Below, piece by piece: positions 54,713 through 63,970 of a stretch of 64,000 bases of DNA (position 1 is the stretch's first letter; each line of letters starts with the position of its first letter). The notes beneath the pieces were generated by a model. It made no database searches and had not been told where the DNA came from. It saw only the letters and a list, made by a program, of their open reading frames with translations. A program made the position numbers and the translations under genes. The stretch is from NCBI GenBank assembly GCA_944385365.1, contig CALWWW010000004.1:7297-71296 (forward strand), in the 5' to 3' direction. Origin of the DNA: an uncultured Oscillospiraceae bacterium. GTDB lineage: Bacteria > Bacillota > Clostridia > Oscillospirales > Oscillospiraceae.

Positions 54713-57700
54713 TCAGTCGGGGCTTTCCTGACACCGGCAGTTGCTGAGATAGAGCAGAGCGTAAACGCTCTGTGTCATGGATTCCTGGAACAGGTGGATG
54801 ACCAACTCCACCCGCCGCTCCGTTCCATCCACCGGCATCCGGAAGACGATCCGCCGGGCCTCATGACTGTTCTCCAGCAAGCTGGCCCAACGCTCCCGGG
54901 ACAGATAATCGTCCAGCAGCGCCAGGTCCTCCTGGGACAGATATGGGGAAAGCCAGCCCTGCAGGGTCCGGATAAAGTGGCTGGAATGGCTGCGATAATC
55001 CTGGGAGAGCTCCCGCCACAGTCCACCCACAGAAAGCAGTTGTCCGCTTTCCAGGTCCAACTCGGCGTGGGCCGTGGTTTCTGCCAGGACGGCGTGATAA
55101 AACCGCTGGACCCGCAGCGAACCCAGCTGTTGCACGCGGTGGGGTCCGATGGGTTCCAGGGACACCACCATGGTATTCAAGTCCACTTCCTCCTGCCCGG
55201 GATGCCGCAGGGACAGCTGGAACCATTCATAGGTGCCGCCCTTGGACTGGAGCAGAATTTCCGGCAAAACCAGGTCGGATTTGAGACATACACGGGAAAA
55301 AGCAGCCTGAAATTCCTGGGAAAAGTGGGGATGGACAATTTGATTGTCGATCCAGCACTTGGGGAAACCGCTTTCATGGCGCTGCTCACCGGCAATCAGA
55401 TGCCGGTCCGTATGGAAGAAGATGGTCTGTTTTAACTCATTGTACTCGAATAACTCCCGTTTGTCCAGCTCCGGTAAAAATTGTGGGCAGTGGGTACCGC
55501 TGAGAATGCGGTGATAGCCCTGCAAATGCGAGGTACCGCTATCGTCTAAGACGCGGATGCCGTTGCACTGCACAATAACCTCGCCGAAGCTGGGGTGGTT
55601 CCAGGTGTATTCCAGCTGCACCTGCTGTCCTGTGTCGATCATATTCCGCACGGCGTCGTGGACGTAGCTGTAATAGCCGGCATTGATGCGGCTGTACCAG
55701 AACTCGTAGCATTCCTCCGGCGTCAGCGAGGTGGGCGCGCCCAGGGCGCGGTACATGGTCTCATCGGCCACCATCTGCGGCGGACGGCCGTCAGAGGGCA
55801 TACGGATGGTCCACAGACCCACCGACATGGAACTGAGGATGTGCCGGTAATTGGACCGGCTCAGCTCTTTCAGATGGTGCTGCAGCCGCGATTCGCCCAT
55901 TCGGGTCATCAGCATCCGGGTCACAACTCTGGCCAAAGCGTCGTTGTGGGGACAGTGACGGGGATTGGTGATGCCCACAAAGCTCAGCAGCTTTTTATCC
56001 CGCAGCAGGGGCACCGCCAAATGCTGGTGAATGTCCAGCGAATGGAGCAGCTCCCGTTCCTCCGGCGTTTGCAGCGGACCGGTGCCCAGGGTGATTACCG
56101 ACTGGCCCCGCTGGAGCATCTCCACCCAGCGCCGCAGGGGTCCGGGCGGGAGACTGAGCAAATCCGGGGAGCGAGGCGGCAAATCCGGCCGCTCCCACCG
56201 GGTGGAGTTGGAGGCAGTCCAGTGCCCCGACGGCTCGGAGGGCGCCTTGTAGAGGAACACCCGGTCGGCCTGGTAGAAGTCGCCCAAAATGGCCAGGGCC
56301 ATCCGAACGGCTTCATGGTACGAATGGCATTCGGCCAGACGTTCGGCGGCCTCCACCATGCGCTTGCCGCACTCCAGCCGGTCCTGGACATCCCGGCTGG
56401 TCAGTTCCCGTTCGGTGATATCGATGGCGGTACTGAGCCGGACGGCCTTTCCGTGGAGCAGAATCAGCTTGTCGCGCAGAATAAAGCGGCGGCCGCAGTA
56501 TTCGTTCATGTGGTCGCGCATCAGGAAGCGGTCTGTATCCAACTGGTCGTTGACGCAGAAAGGACAGGGACTGTCTCTCCCCTGCAAGACCTTGTAACAG
56601 CGCTTGCCGTGGTAATCCCGCGATCCGAAGAGCCGCTGGCCGGCAGGGTTGATGTAATAGAGCTCATACGTCTCGGGATCGCTGATGTAAAAAATGTCTT
56701 CCTCCGCGTCCAGAACCGCCTGAGCCAGATCGTCCGGCGGCAGCTCTGCCAAAGGCATCTGGTCGTAGTTGTGGAGCAGGCGGCGGAAGCCCTCCTCCTG
56801 CTCCAAACGGGCCTGATAGGCCGGGGAATCCTTCTCAAAATAGCGGGCCGTAAAGTCGGCGGCGCTGATAGGACGGGAGAAAAGGAAGCCTTGGAGCAGC
56901 CGCGGCCGCAGCTCCTCCAGAGCGGCCAGCTCCTCGGCGGTCTCGATGCCCTCGCAGCAGACGCGAATGCGGCTGGTATCGGCCAGCTGGAGCATGTTGC
57001 CGAGGAACCGGTAGTTGTAGGCGCTTTTGTGGATATCCCGGACGAAACAGCGGTCAATCTTCACTTCCTCGATTTCCATTTCCTCCAGGCGCTGCAGGCT
57101 GGAATAGCCGGTGCCAAAGTCGTCGATGGAAATGGCAATGCCCTGCTGTTTCCATTGGGCAAAAATCGCGTTGATGTGGGGGGAATCCAGCAGCTGGATG
57201 CCCTCGGTCAATTCCAGGGTCAGGGCGCTGCCCGGCAGGCCGCTGCGCTCGACACATTGCAGCACCTGGCTGGTGATGTCGGCGTCGCAGAGCTGCACGT
57301 GGGACACGTTGACGCTCATGGAAAAATTGGGGAGGTACTGCCGCCAGATGCGGCACTGTTCCAGCGCCGTGGAAAGCACCCACAGACCCACCCGGCAGAT
57401 GAGCCGCATGTCCTCCAGCAGGGGGACGAATTCGGCGGGACTGACGGGGCCCAGACGGGGCGAATTGTAGCGCAGCAGCGCTTCCGCACCGTGGAGGGCA
57501 TAGGTGTGGGAGACCACCTGGGGCTGATAGAAAACAGCAAATCCTTCAAAGCCGTTGTCCACACTCCGCTGTAAGTCCTCTTTCAGCTCCAGAGCGGCCA
57601 GCTCCCGCTGGTAGTCCTCGGCGGAGAAGAACCAGAGCATCTTTTTGCCGTGGGCCTTGGCGCAGTCCACGGCGGTCTCCGCGTACTGATACAGGACGCA

Positions 57701-58456
57701 TTCATCGGGGACCCGGTAGGTCTGGTACGGGACGCAGCCGCCGGACAGGGTACATTGGTTCCGCATCCGGACCTGTAGCTGCTCGAAAACCTCCCGGACT
57801 TCGCCGCTGCTGCGGCCCGGCAGATTGACGGCGAAAGAATCACCGTTCATGCGGTAAATCCGCTGGGAGCCGCCGGTGGCGGCCTCCAGAGAGTCGGCCA
57901 CCTGCTTCAGCATCTGATCGCCGTAGGTCTGGCCGTACTTGAGGTTGATGGCCTGCTGATCGTCTACGTCCAGTACCAACAGGAAGCCGTCCTGCCCGCT
58001 TTCCAGCAGCTGCCGGATCTCCTCCTGCAGCACGTCCATATGAAACGCGCCGGTGAGGTGGTCGGCCTTGCTGTGGGAGGGCAAAATGGCCAGACGGCCC
58101 ATCATCCACTGGGGATGGCCGTTGGTGCTGAAATGTACCTTGCCGCGGAAATTGATCCAAAGGAGGCCGCCGGTCCGGTCCATGACCCGGTATTCCGCGT
58201 CATAGTCGGCGGAGATACCGGAAAGGGCATGAACCAGCCCCTCCTGTAACCGTGCGAAATCCTGGGGACAAACAATGCCGAACCATTCCGGCAGAGTGCA
58301 GTAATCGGTATCGGCGTTGGGCAGTGCCAGCGTCTTGCGCAGCTGCTTGGGAATATATAGTTTTTCACCGGCTACATCCAACAGAAAAAAGTAGTCGCCG
58401 GTGCTGTCTGTCAGAAAATTCAGTATGTTGTAATACGCCAGAAAATCTTTGTCCAT
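54713..58456 (-). CDS. c-di-GMP phosphodiesterase: PAS, degenerate GGDEF, EAL, then PAS/GAF/PAS-like modules (1247 aa)
   Basis: PAS (YDAEYRVMDRTGGLLWI), GGDEF site reading NGDSF, intact GAEALLRY, IDDFGTGYSS and EGIET. GAF-like segment (DFYQADRVFLY...HLAVPL...SFVGITN). Confidence 0.88.
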   Translation of the reverse strand: MDKDFLAYYNILNFLTDSTGDYFFLLDVAGEKLYIPKQLRKTLALPNADTDYCTLPEWFGIVCPQDFARLQEGLVHALSGISADYDAEYRVMDRTGGLLWINFRGKVHFSTNGHPQWMMGRLAILPSHSKADHLTGAFHMDVLQEEIRQLLESGQDGFLLVLDVDDQQAINLKYGQTYGDQMLKQVADSLEAATGGSQRIYRMNGDSFAVNLPGRSSGEVREVFEQLQVRMRNQCTLSGGCVPYQTYRVPDECVLYQYAETAVDCAKAHGKKMLWFFSAEDYQRELAALELKEDLQRSVDNGFEGFAVFYQPQVVSHTYALHGAEALLRYNSPRLGPVSPAEFVPLLEDMRLICRVGLWVLSTALEQCRIWRQYLPNFSMSVNVSHVQLCDADITSQVLQCVERSGLPGSALTLELTEGIQLLDSPHINAIFAQWKQQGIAISIDDFGTGYSSLQRLEEMEIEEVKIDRCFVRDIHKSAYNYRFLGNMLQLADTSRIRVCCEGIETAEELAALEELRPRLLQGFLFSRPISAADFTARYFEKDSPAYQARLEQEEGFRRLLHNYDQMPLAELPPDDLAQAVLDAEEDIFYISDPETYELYYINPAGQRLFGSRDYHGKRCYKVLQGRDSPCPFCVNDQLDTDRFLMRDHMNEYCGRRFILRDKLILLHGKAVRLSTAIDITERELTSRDVQDRLECGKRMVEAAERLAECHSYHEAVRMALAILGDFYQADRVFLYKAPSEPSGHWTASNSTRWERPDLPPRSPDLLSLPPGPLRRWVEMLQRGQSVITLGTGPLQTPEERELLHSLDIHQHLAVPLLRDKKLLSFVGITNPRHCPHNDALARVVTRMLMTRMGESRLQHHLKELSRSNYRHILSSMSVGLWTIRMPSDGRPPQMVADETMYRALGAPTSLTPEECYEFWYSRINAGYYSYVHDAVRNMIDTGQQVQLEYTWNHPSFGEVIVQCNGIRVLDDSGTSHLQGYHRILSGTHCPQFLPELDKRELFEYNELKQTIFFHTDRHLIAGEQRHESGFPKCWIDNQIVHPHFSQEFQAAFSRVCLKSDLVLPEILLQSKGGTYEWFQLSLRHPGQEEVDLNTMVVSLEPIGPHRVQQLGSLRVQRFYHAVLAETTAHAELDLESGQLLSVGGLWRELSQDYRSHSSHFIRTLQGWLSPYLSQEDLALLDDYLSRERWASLLENSHEARRIVFRMPVDGTERRVELVIHLFQESMTQSVYALLYLSNCRCQESPD

Positions 58457-58499
58457 GATCTACAACCTTCCTGGAAGCCGCCCCGCCAGGGGCGCGGCC

Positions 58500-58898
58500 T
58501 CAGTTGCTGTGGAGATACTGGGCCAGCTTGCGGTCTTCCGTGCGGATGTGAGAAATGAGAATGCCGGCCAACTGGTTGATCTCGCCCAGAGCCCGCACGG
58601 TGGCGCCATCGCGCACCAGACTGTCGACGGCGGTCTGAAGCTGACGCTTGTAGCCGTCGTGGAACGTCTTGTGGGCGGGATACCCAGGGTATTTGCTGGA
58701 GACCTGCAGCTGTTCTTCGTCACTGAAATGTTTGGTGACGTAGCCGTTGAGGAACTGGCCGGTCTTCGGCAGAGAATCGCGGCCCTTTCCCTGAGCGCAG
58801 GCATCCAGCAGGGCGTTGATGGCGTCAAACAACTGCTTATGTTCAGAGTCGATCAGCGCGTTGCCGGTAAGCAGATCTTTTGTCAATTCATAACGCAT
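58500..58898 (-). CDS. Bacteriohemerythrin (single domain)
   Basis: IDSEHKQLF, HFSDEE, YPAHKTFH, SHIRTED (di-iron ligands). Confidence 0.9.
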   Translation of the reverse strand: MRYELTKDLLTGNALIDSEHKQLFDAINALLDACAQGKGRDSLPKTGQFLNGYVTKHFSDEEQLQVSSKYPGYPAHKTFHDGYKRQLQTAVDSLVRDGATVRALGEINQLAGILISHIRTEDRKLAQYLHSN

Positions 58899-58975
58899 AG
58901 AATTGGTCTCCTGTTCGTTCGAGATGGTGTTGTACAGCATAGCTGTAAACTAGGAATAACGGATATTCTTTATCT

Positions 58976-59002
58976 ATATCGGCACATATTCCGGAATGTT
59001 AA
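58976..59002 (-). promoter_or_regulatory. Sigma-28-type promoter of the hemerythrin-EAL-MCP operon
   Basis: Minus strand TTAA-15 nt-GCCGATAT. Confidence 0.72.
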
Positions 59003-59067
59003 TAGGAAATCGAAAAGATATTTTGTGGCTAAGAAAAAAGTTTTTCCGATTTTTCAGGTGCAGACGC

Positions 59068-59094
59068 TTAACATTCCGGGGAAGAAGACGATAA
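59068..59094 (+). promoter_or_regulatory. Sigma-28-type promoter of the flgM operon
   Basis: TTAA-15 nt-GACGATAA. Confidence 0.65.
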
Positions 59095-59178
59095 GTATAG
59101 TACAAGAACCACGACCGGTAAGCGAGCCCGCCGCATTTCAGCACAGGCGGATGCGGACGGATCAGAGGAGGAAGCGCA

Positions 59179-59493
59179 ATGTTTCAAGGGATCAAGCCTC
59201 CGGGAGCCTACCCGGTATCCGGCACTGCGGCCCACAGCGGCCTTCCCACCCCAACCCATGGGGAGCAGACGGTCAAACAGCCCAATTTCGATCAGTTCCA
59301 GCTGTCGGCACAGCCCAACAGCCAGGAAGCGACGGTGCAGAAATCGGTGAGCCGGATCATCCGCCAGGTGCGGACCCGCCCTACCCATGCCGAGCTGGCG
59401 GAGCTCAAGAGCCGGATTGCCAGCGGCACGTATCAGCCCAACGCCCGGGAAATTGCGGCGCGGATGATGATGACGGAATACCGGGAGGTTTGA
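59179..59493 (+). CDS. flgM: Anti-sigma-28 factor FlgM
   Basis: C-terminal ELKSRIASGTYQPNAREIAARMM; first gene of the flgN-flgK cluster. Confidence 0.8.
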   Translation: MFQGIKPPGAYPVSGTAAHSGLPTPTHGEQTVKQPNFDQFQLSAQPNSQEATVQKSVSRIIRQVRTRPTHAELAELKSRIASGTYQPNAREIAARMMMTEYREV

Positions 59494-59494
59494 A

Positions 59495-59962
59495 ATGGCG
59501 GTACAGTTCACCGATTATGTACAGCTGCTCCGGGAACTGGAGCAGACGCTGCGGGACCTGACGGCCCTGCAGCCGGAAAAGATCGCAGCCGTGCGGGCTC
59601 ATGATCTGGAGGTCCTCAACGACTGCATGAAGCGAGAGCAGGCGGCGTCTCTGGCCCTGCGCGGCCTGGAACAGAAGCGCGCCAATATGGCGAAAGCGCT
59701 GGGCGTTGGCGGCGTACCCATCCGGCAGGTGGCGGGCCACTGCCCCGAATCCTGCCGCGGCGATTTGAGCCATGCGGTGGAGTCCCTGATCCGACGGGGA
59801 CAGGAACTGCGCAGCGCCCAGGATGCCGCCCGGGCGGTGGTGGAATCGGATCTGCGGCGGGTCAACGGAGAGCTGGAGCGGCGGGGCGTCGCCACAGATC
59901 CCGAGGAGGGTGCACAGCCCGCCGTACCCCCCAGAACCATGCGGACCGACATCAGGGCTTGA
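59495..59962 (+). CDS. flgN: Flagellar export chaperone FlgN
   Basis: Helical 155-aa protein between flgM and flgK (L..LQ.EK..AV...DLE.LN). Confidence 0.78.
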   Translation: MAVQFTDYVQLLRELEQTLRDLTALQPEKIAAVRAHDLEVLNDCMKREQAASLALRGLEQKRANMAKALGVGGVPIRQVAGHCPESCRGDLSHAVESLIRRGQELRSAQDAARAVVESDLRRVNGELERRGVATDPEEGAQPAVPPRTMRTDIRA

Positions 59963-59975
59963 GGAGGAACCATAT

Positions 59976-61736
59976 ATGAGCGGAACATTCGGCGCCTTTG
60001 GCGTGGCACGGCTGGGCATTTATGCGGCTCAGTCGGGTTTGGACGTTACGGGCAACAATATTACCAACATCAACACCCAGGGGTATACCCGCCAGCGACT
60101 GGACCTGGTGAGTTTGAGCTCCTCGGCATCGGATAAGTATTCTTCCATCTACAATGTCCGAATCGGCCAGGGCGTTCTCACCGCCGGCGTGGTCCAGTTG
60201 CGGGACCCGGGCCTGGATTTGCAGTACCGGGGCGCTTCGGCCAACGTGGGCTCGGCCAGCCAGAAGCTGACGGGCCTCAACGACATTGCCAGCATTCTGG
60301 ATGAGGTGGGCAAGGGCAGCACCGACGAGGATCAGGACGACGGCGTGATTCTGCGGCAGATGAACGACCTGCGGGACCTGATCAGCAAGGCCCTCACCAA
60401 CGGCATTGACGGCTATGACGGCATGATTCGCGAGTCGGCCGACGCGCTGTGCACCCTGTTTAACCAGTATGCCAAGGACCTGGAAGATTTGCAGGTCAAA
60501 TACGAGACGCAGCTGGAGCAGAATGTGACGGAAGTCAACAACATCCTCAAAAATATCCGTGATCTCAACGAAACCATCCGGGAGGCCGATATTCGCGGCG
60601 ATGCCGCTCTGGAGCTGCGGGACGAGCGCAACCGCCAGCTGGATAAGCTGAGTACCTATATGAAAATCGACGTCACATACTCCATGGAAGATGTGGGCGC
60701 GGGCCTGCAAGTGGAGAAGCTGACAGTCACTCTGGGCGGCAGCGACCAGAAACTGATTGACGGCGTGTATGGAACGCAGTTCAGCCAGGAATTGCTGGAG
60801 CGGAATCCTGATTTCCCTGCCGTTGATCCGAACAATCCGTATCTGGACAACAACGGTCTGCCAACAGCAGACCCGGAGCAGGCTAAAAAACTTGACAACA
60901 CCAATTATTCCCTGACATTGGGCCCCCTGCTGAATGACAGGGGGGAAAAGCTGGATGCAGCTGACTTCGGTCATGATTTGGGCGACAATGAACTTTATGG
61001 TTCTTTGCAGTCTCTGCGGGAGCTGCTGACGGAATCCGGCGAATACAGCACAGAGGACTATGTGACGAATGTGGATGACGGCGCCGGCAGTAAGCGTGGT
61101 ATCCCCTACTACCGCAAGGCGCTGGACAACCTGGCTCAGGAATTTGCTGAGCAGATGAACGCCCTAAACGCGCAGACTACGCCTCCGGATGAACCAATTG
61201 ATGGCGCGGGCAATCTATTCAGTATTGGCAGCAACAGCGATGTTGCCATGTCGGACAATGGTACCCCTCTGGACCCGACGGATGATTTCAGCTTGATTAC
61301 TGCTGCTAATATTTCTGTCTCCAAGAGTTGGAATGACGGCAATGTGTCCATGATTGCTTCTCGGTACCCCAATGCATCCAGCGGTGACAATTCCAACCTG
61401 GCAGCATTTCTGGATGTGTTCAATAAGACGCATCAGTTCAACCCCGGCGATCTGGTGACGGACGCGGTGGGCAAGGACTCTCCCTTTGAGGGCACCTTTG
61501 AGGATATGCTGCTGCATATCCAGTCTACGCTGGCCGAGGACCAGATGAGCACCACGGCGGTATTGACCAATTACACCGTTACTCAAAATGAACTGTATAA
61601 CAGCCGTGAAAGCGTCTCCGGCGTAGACCTTAACGACGAAGCCACCAACTTGATGGTTTATCAGAAAGCCTATACGGCGGCCTGCCGTCTCATGACTACC
61701 CTGGAAGAAGCTCTGGATGCCCTCATGGCCATGTGA
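59976..61736 (+). CDS. flgK: Flagellar hook-associated protein FlgK
   Basis: LDVTGNNITNINTQGYTRQR and C-terminal SVSGVDLNDEATNLMVYQKAYTAACRLM. Confidence 0.95.
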   Translation: MSGTFGAFGVARLGIYAAQSGLDVTGNNITNINTQGYTRQRLDLVSLSSSASDKYSSIYNVRIGQGVLTAGVVQLRDPGLDLQYRGASANVGSASQKLTGLNDIASILDEVGKGSTDEDQDDGVILRQMNDLRDLISKALTNGIDGYDGMIRESADALCTLFNQYAKDLEDLQVKYETQLEQNVTEVNNILKNIRDLNETIREADIRGDAALELRDERNRQLDKLSTYMKIDVTYSMEDVGAGLQVEKLTVTLGGSDQKLIDGVYGTQFSQELLERNPDFPAVDPNNPYLDNNGLPTADPEQAKKLDNTNYSLTLGPLLNDRGEKLDAADFGHDLGDNELYGSLQSLRELLTESGEYSTEDYVTNVDDGAGSKRGIPYYRKALDNLAQEFAEQMNALNAQTTPPDEPIDGAGNLFSIGSNSDVAMSDNGTPLDPTDDFSLITAANISVSKSWNDGNVSMIASRYPNASSGDNSNLAAFLDVFNKTHQFNPGDLVTDAVGKDSPFEGTFEDMLLHIQSTLAEDQMSTTAVLTNYTVTQNELYNSRESVSGVDLNDEATNLMVYQKAYTAACRLMTTLEEALDALMAM

Positions 61737-61755
61737 GATACGAGGTGAACGATTT

Positions 61756-62847
61756 ATGATGCGTATAACGACCAATGCCACGTTGTTTAACTACCGGTAC
61801 AATCTGATGAATAATACGAATCTGATGAATAACGCCATGACCAAGGTTATGACGCAGCGTCAGTTCAACTCTTATGCAACCAATCCTGCTGCGGCCACTC
61901 GGGCCTTCAAGATTCACAGCTCCCTCAACGCTGCACAGGCTCAGTATGCCAACAATCAGACGGTGACCAGTAAGTTTGAAACGGCATGGAGCAATATCCA
62001 AGGCATTTTGGATGACCTTACGGATGAAATGGGCAAGGTGCCGGCACTCAAGGGCTTGAATGACACCAATATAGAAAATCTGGATTCGCAGGCTCAGGTT
62101 TTGAGAGGCGCGGCAGAGGGCATTATCCAGAGCATGAACGCCAAGTACGATGACGATTACATTTTTGCTGGTTCCGATAACCGGGAGCCGCCCTTTGCCA
62201 TCGACGATGACGGCTATATTACCTATCGGGGTGTCTATATTGACAAGCCAGGCACGCTGGAGGCTAATTATCTTGCCGACCCCAATGATCCAACTTCGAC
62301 TGTCCTCAATCCGAACACGAATAAGCCGTATACCAATCAGGAAATGCTGAAAGAATGGGCTGAGAATGACCCGCTGTATGTGGATATAGGCTTGGGCTTT
62401 GCACTGGATGATCAGGACAAGGTTATCGATTCCACAGCCTTTGATGCCTCCATCTCCGGTATTGATATTCTGGGTTACAGTGTGGACGAAGACGGCAATC
62501 CCAAAAATATTGCGTCTATCATGCTGCGTCTGGCCGACGTATTTGAAAACTATGACAAGGATACGGACAAGGAAAAGGCCCAGAAACTGGTGGATGCATT
62601 CAATGAGTCCCAAAAGGCGGTAATTGATAAACACGCGCAGCTGGACGTGAAGACGGGCTTCCTCAATACCAATGAAATGCAGCTGGACGCGAATTTTGCC
62701 GCTTTGAATGAGGAGCGGGTAGGCTTGGAGATGGTTGACCCGGCCGATGCCATTACAGAACTCATGTGGGCGCAGACCTGCTACAGCGCGGCACTGCAGG
62801 TGGGCACCAACGTGATCCCCCAATCTCTCATGGACTATCTGAAATAA
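61756..62847 (+). CDS. flgL: Flagellar hook-associated protein FlgL
   Basis: MRITTN, flagellin-like N-terminus, NAKYDDDYIFAG, C-terminal VDPADAI...YSAALQVG. Confidence 0.88.
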   Translation: MMRITTNATLFNYRYNLMNNTNLMNNAMTKVMTQRQFNSYATNPAAATRAFKIHSSLNAAQAQYANNQTVTSKFETAWSNIQGILDDLTDEMGKVPALKGLNDTNIENLDSQAQVLRGAAEGIIQSMNAKYDDDYIFAGSDNREPPFAIDDDGYITYRGVYIDKPGTLEANYLADPNDPTSTVLNPNTNKPYTNQEMLKEWAENDPLYVDIGLGFALDDQDKVIDSTAFDASISGIDILGYSVDEDGNPKNIASIMLRLADVFENYDKDTDKEKAQKLVDAFNESQKAVIDKHAQLDVKTGFLNTNEMQLDANFAALNEERVGLEMVDPADAITELMWAQTCYSAALQVGTNVIPQSLMDYLK

Positions 62848-62903
62848 ATAAGTAAGATGCCGAGCGCCTGAAGGATCAGGCAGAAAGAAGGAGCGCATAG
62901 GAA

Positions 62904-63509
62904 ATGCAGCCATTGATTGAGATACAAACCATACCCATAGAAATTCAAATGAAAGTGACCGATGCCCGCTTGGAGTATGCCAGAGGTACGGCCAATCTGG
63001 AGATTTCCCGGGATAAGGGGGGGCTGCAAATACGCAGCCAACCCATTCAGGTAAACATTGATACCTTTGAGGCCCGGAACTCCATTGTGCCTACCACTAT
63101 GCGGAGCATTGAACAGAAAGCACAAAAGGGCCGTCAGGCCGCTTATGAGGCCACGGCCAGCATATCGCGGGAGGGCCGCATGATGATGGAAGCCACGGTA
63201 GACGGCCAGGTGATCCCCAACTTGGCCCGACAGGCCATTCTGGAACGTCCTGCCAATCTGAATCTTCAGTTTTTGCCATCGGCGCCTCCGGAGATATCCT
63301 GGAGCGGCGGCGAGCTCAGCGTCCAGTATGAGATGGATAAGCTGAACTTTGACTGGCGCATGGAACAGATGCAGATGACATTTATACCGGGGGATATCGA
63401 GTTTACTATGACCCAGCGGCCTGATGTGGTCATTAAATATGTAGGCGGGCCGCTGTATGTGCCGCCGTCCTCAGACCCCAATTATGAGCCTATGGACGTC
63501 AAAGCGTAA
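62904..63509 (+). CDS. DUF6470/YviE-like flagellar-cluster protein
   Basis: Position between flgL and fliW; IPIEIQMKV, IQVNIDTFEAR, C-terminal YVGGPLYVPPSSDPNY. Confidence 0.7.
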   Translation: MQPLIEIQTIPIEIQMKVTDARLEYARGTANLEISRDKGGLQIRSQPIQVNIDTFEARNSIVPTTMRSIEQKAQKGRQAAYEATASISREGRMMMEATVDGQVIPNLARQAILERPANLNLQFLPSAPPEISWSGGELSVQYEMDKLNFDWRMEQMQMTFIPGDIEFTMTQRPDVVIKYVGGPLYVPPSSDPNYEPMDVKA

Positions 63510-63523
63510 CAGGAGGTATCGTA

Positions 63524-63970
63524 TTGCAGACCAACACCAAATATTTCGGCGTCGTGACCTACGAGACGGAGGATGTGTTGACCTTTCCGCACGGCTTGTT
63601 TGGATTTGAAGAGGAGCGGTCGTTTCTGCTGCTGCCCTTTGCGGACAGCGACGGCAATTTGCTGTGTTTCCAGAGCCTGCAAACGCCGTCGCTGGCCTTT
63701 GTGGCCATGAACCCGTTTTCTCTGTGCTCGACCTATGCGCCGGTGCTGACGGCGGAGGAGCTGCGGGAGCTGCAAGTGGAGCGGAGCGAGGATTTGTGCT
63801 ATTACGTTCTCTGTGTGGTGCGTCAGCCCATAGGGACCAGCACGGTCAATCTTCGCTGCCCGGTGGCGGTCAACGAGGATACCCGTCAGGCCATGCAGAC
63901 CATTTTGGAGTCGGACTGCTACGGTATGCGTCATCAGCTGGATGAACTTTCCAATGGGAGGTGCGGCTGA
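63524..63970 (+). CDS. fliW: Flagellar assembly factor FliW (CsrA antagonist)
   Basis: TKYFG, FPHGLFGFE, LQSL-type segment, FVAMNPF, TVNLRCPVAVN. TTG start after AGGAGG. Confidence 0.9.
   Translation: MQTNTKYFGVVTYETEDVLTFPHGLFGFEEERSFLLLPFADSDGNLLCFQSLQTPSLAFVAMNPFSLCSTYAPVLTAEELRELQVERSEDLCYYVLCVVRQPIGTSTVNLRCPVAVNEDTRQAMQTILESDCYGMRHQLDELSNGRCG

Noticed and set aside
52804-57574. 647-aa and 659-aa + strand ORFs
   Set aside because: Antisense shadows of the MCP and EAL genes.
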